DNA from: a virus
Lineage: Duplodnaviria > Heunggongvirae > Uroviricota > Caudoviricetes
Direction: 5' to 3' (one strand)
IMG/VR virus record: IMGVR_UViG_2529293249_000010
DNA length: 7,983 nucleotides
Below the pieces are notes generated by a model, which saw only the letters and a list, made by a program, of their open reading frames with translations, did not search any database and was not told the origin of the DNA. The position numbers and the translations under genes are program-made. Positions within the stretch are counted from its first letter, which is position 1. Each line of letters opens with the position of its first letter. Below are positions 6,106 to 7,983 of this stretch, piece by piece.

Positions 6106-6840
6106 ATGTCTGACAACACCATCCCTGAATATCTGCAATCCGCGCTGGCACAACTGGAAAAGGCCAGAGCCGCCCATCTTGAGAACGCCCGTCTGATGGA
6201 TGAGACCGTCACGGCCATTGAACGGGCAGAGCAGGAAAAAAATGCGCTGGCGCAGGCCGACGGAAACGACGCTGACGACTGGCGCACGGCCTTTCGTGCA
6301 GCCGGTGGTGTCCTGAGCGACGAGCTGAAACAGCGCCACATTGAGCGCGTGGCACGCCGGGAGCTGGTACAGGAATATGACAATCTGGCCGTGGTGCTGA
6401 ATTTTGAACGCGAACGCCTGAAAGGGGCGTGTGACAGCACGGCCACCGCCTACCGGAAGGCACATCATCACCTGCTGAGTCTGTATGCAGAGCATGAGCT
6501 GGAACACGCCCTGAATGAAACCTGTGAGGCGCTTGTCCGGGCAATGCATCTGAGCATTCTGGTACAGGAAAATCCGCTCGCCAACACCACCGGCCATCAG
6601 GGCTACGTCGCACCGGAAAAGGCTGTCATGCAGCAGGTGAAATCATCGCTGGAACAGAAAATTAAACAGATGCAAATCAGCCTCACCGGCGAGCCGGTTC
6701 TCCGGCTGACCGGACTGTCAGCGGCAACACTTCCTCACATGGATTATGAGGTGGCAGGCACACCGGCACAGCGCAAGGTGTGGCAGGACAAAATAGACCA
6801 GCAGGGAGCAGTGCTTAAGGCCAGAGGACTGCTGTCATGA
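6106..6840 (+). CDS. sid: Sid: external scaffolding / capsid size-determination protein (244 aa)
   Basis: 244-aa ORF with a strong Shine-Dalgarno; predicted to be highly alpha-helical and charged. Length and position (first gene of the Psid operon, upstream of delta and psu) match P4 Sid. Confidence 0.93.
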   Translation: MSDNTIPEYLQSALAQLEKARAAHLENARLMDETVTAIERAEQEKNALAQADGNDADDWRTAFRAAGGVLSDELKQRHIERVARRELVQEYDNLAVVLNFERERLKGACDSTATAYRKAHHHLLSLYAEHELEHALNETCEALVRAMHLSILVQENPLANTTGHQGYVAPEKAVMQQVKSSLEQKIKQMQISLTGEPVLRLTGLSAATLPHMDYEVAGTPAQRKVWQDKIDQQGAVLKARGLLS

Positions 6841-7337
6841 TTTACTGCCCGTCGTGTGGACATGTTGCTCACACCCGCCGCGCACATTTCATGGACGATG
6901 GCACCAAGATAATGATTGCACAGTGCCGGAATATTTATTGCTCTGCGACATTTGAAGCGAGTGAAAGCTTTTTCTCTGACAGTAAAGATTCAGGAATGGA
7001 ATACATTTCAGGCAAACAGAGATACCGCGATTCACTGACGTCAGCCTCCGGCAGTATGAAACGCCCGAAAAGAATGCTTGTTACCGGATATTGTTGTCGG
7101 AGATGTAAAGGCCTTGCACTGTCAAGAACATCGCGGCGTCTGTCTCAGGAAGTCACCGAGCGTTTTTATGTGTGCACGGATCCGGGCTGTGGTCTGGTGT
7201 TTAAAACGCTTCAGACCATCACCCGCTTCATTGTCCGCCCGGTCACGCCGGACGAACTGGCAGAACGCCTGCATGAAAAACAGGAACTGCCGCCAGTACG
7301 CTTAAAAACACAATCATATTCGCTGCGTCTGGAATGA
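6837..7337 (+). CDS. delta: Delta: late-gene transcriptional activator, tandem Ogr-type zinc-finger protein (166 aa)
   Basis: ATG overlaps the sid stop (ATGA at 6837-6840). Two Ogr-like modules, each with C-x2-C ... C-x4-C: CPSCG...CRNIYC and CRRCKG...CTDPGC. Confidence 0.93.
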   Translation: MIYCPSCGHVAHTRRAHFMDDGTKIMIAQCRNIYCSATFEASESFFSDSKDSGMEYISGKQRYRDSLTSASGSMKRPKRMLVTGYCCRRCKGLALSRTSRRLSQEVTERFYVCTDPGCGLVFKTLQTITRFIVRPVTPDELAERLHEKQELPPVRLKTQSYSLRLE

Positions 7338-7410
7338 GGGCTGCCGGTTAACCCCGGCCGTCGCCGCACACCGTATTTTTATTCTTCAGCATGATGAGAA
7401 AGAGATAACG

Positions 7411-7983
7411 ATGGAGAGCACAGCCTTACAGCAGGCCTTTGACACCTGTCAGAATAACAAAGCAGCATGGCTGCAACGCAAAAATGAGCTGGCTGCGGCC
7501 GAACAGGAATATCTGCGGCTTCTGTCCGGGGAAGGCAGAAACGTCAGTCGCCTGGACGAATTACGCAATATTATCGAAGTCAGAAAATGGCAGGTGAATC
7601 AGGCCGCCGGTCGTTATATTCGTTCGCATGAAGCCGTTCAGCACATCAGCATCCGCGACCGGCTGAATGATTTTATGCAGCAGCACGGCACAGCACTGGC
7701 GGCGGCACTGGCACCGGAGCTGATGGGATACAGTGAGCTGACGGCCATTGCCCGAAACTGTGCCATACAGCGTGCCACAGATGCCCTGCGTGAAGCCCTT
7801 CTGTCCTGGCTTGCGAAGGGGGAAAAAATTAATTATTCCGCACAGGATAGTGACATTTTAACGACCATCGGATTCAGGCCTGACGCGGCTTCGGTGGATG
7901 ACAGCCGTGAAAAATTCACCCCTGCGCAGAACATGATTTTTTCGCGTAAAAGTGCGCAACTGGAATCACATCAGTCTGTGTAA
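7411..7983 (+). CDS. psu: Psu: polarity suppression protein (Rho antagonist / capsid decoration), 190 aa
   Basis: 190-aa ORF with a purine-rich ribosome-binding site (AAGAGA, 7400-7405); TAA stop is the last three bases of the window. Length and position after delta match P4 Psu. Confidence 0.92.
   Translation: MESTALQQAFDTCQNNKAAWLQRKNELAAAEQEYLRLLSGEGRNVSRLDELRNIIEVRKWQVNQAAGRYIRSHEAVQHISIRDRLNDFMQQHGTALAAALAPELMGYSELTAIARNCAIQRATDALREALLSWLAKGEKINYSAQDSDILTTIGFRPDAASVDDSREKFTPAQNMIFSRKSAQLESHQSV

Noticed and set aside
6021-6613. Three minus-strand ORFs (141, 172 and 134 aa) overlapping sid
   Set aside because: Antisense to sid, with Arg/Ser/Cys-rich low-complexity translations and no translation signals. 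Sid occupies the locus.
7343-7410. Small hairpin GCCGG/CCGGC (7343-7358) and a 5-codon mini-ORF ATGATGAGAAAGAGATAA (7391-7408) just upstream of psu
   Set aside because: The stem is only 5 bp with no adjacent U-run, and the mini-ORF coincides with the purine-rich psu ribosome-binding site. Most likely incidental.

Overview
This window reads as the complete conserved core of a P4-type phage satellite (phage-plasmid), and I do not see a convincing previously undescribed system inside it. Order along the window: truncated N-terminus of a P4-type tyrosine integrase (1-438, minus strand); int promoter with inverted repeats; crr cis-replication region (two ~125 bp direct repeats carrying TGTTCACC iterons); the left operon on the minus strand, transcribed right to left as PLL - vis - PLE - RNA-immunity leader (seqA / cI = seqB / seqC) - nested eta/kil - eps - orf151 - orf106 - alpha primase-helicase; an ori iteron cluster; then Psid - sid - delta - psu on the plus strand, with the psu stop codon as the last three bases. 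Product lengths (alpha 777, sid 244, delta 166, psu 190, kil 65, eps 95 with a GTG start, eta 199 from a triple ATG, orf151, orf106, vis 88) match what I recall for phage P4, so this is probably P4 or a near-identical relative; I cannot verify identity without a database search. Genes are tightly packed and often translationally coupled, and every gap is accounted for by origin, promoter or immunity-RNA sequence. The variable cargo (defence hotspot) of P4-like satellites lies between psu and int, which is just outside both edges of this window. The items most worth a second look are the RNA-based immunity leader, the nested kil/eta genes, the functionally obscure orf151/orf106 pair with a structured spacer between them, and the repeats at the int-crr junction.
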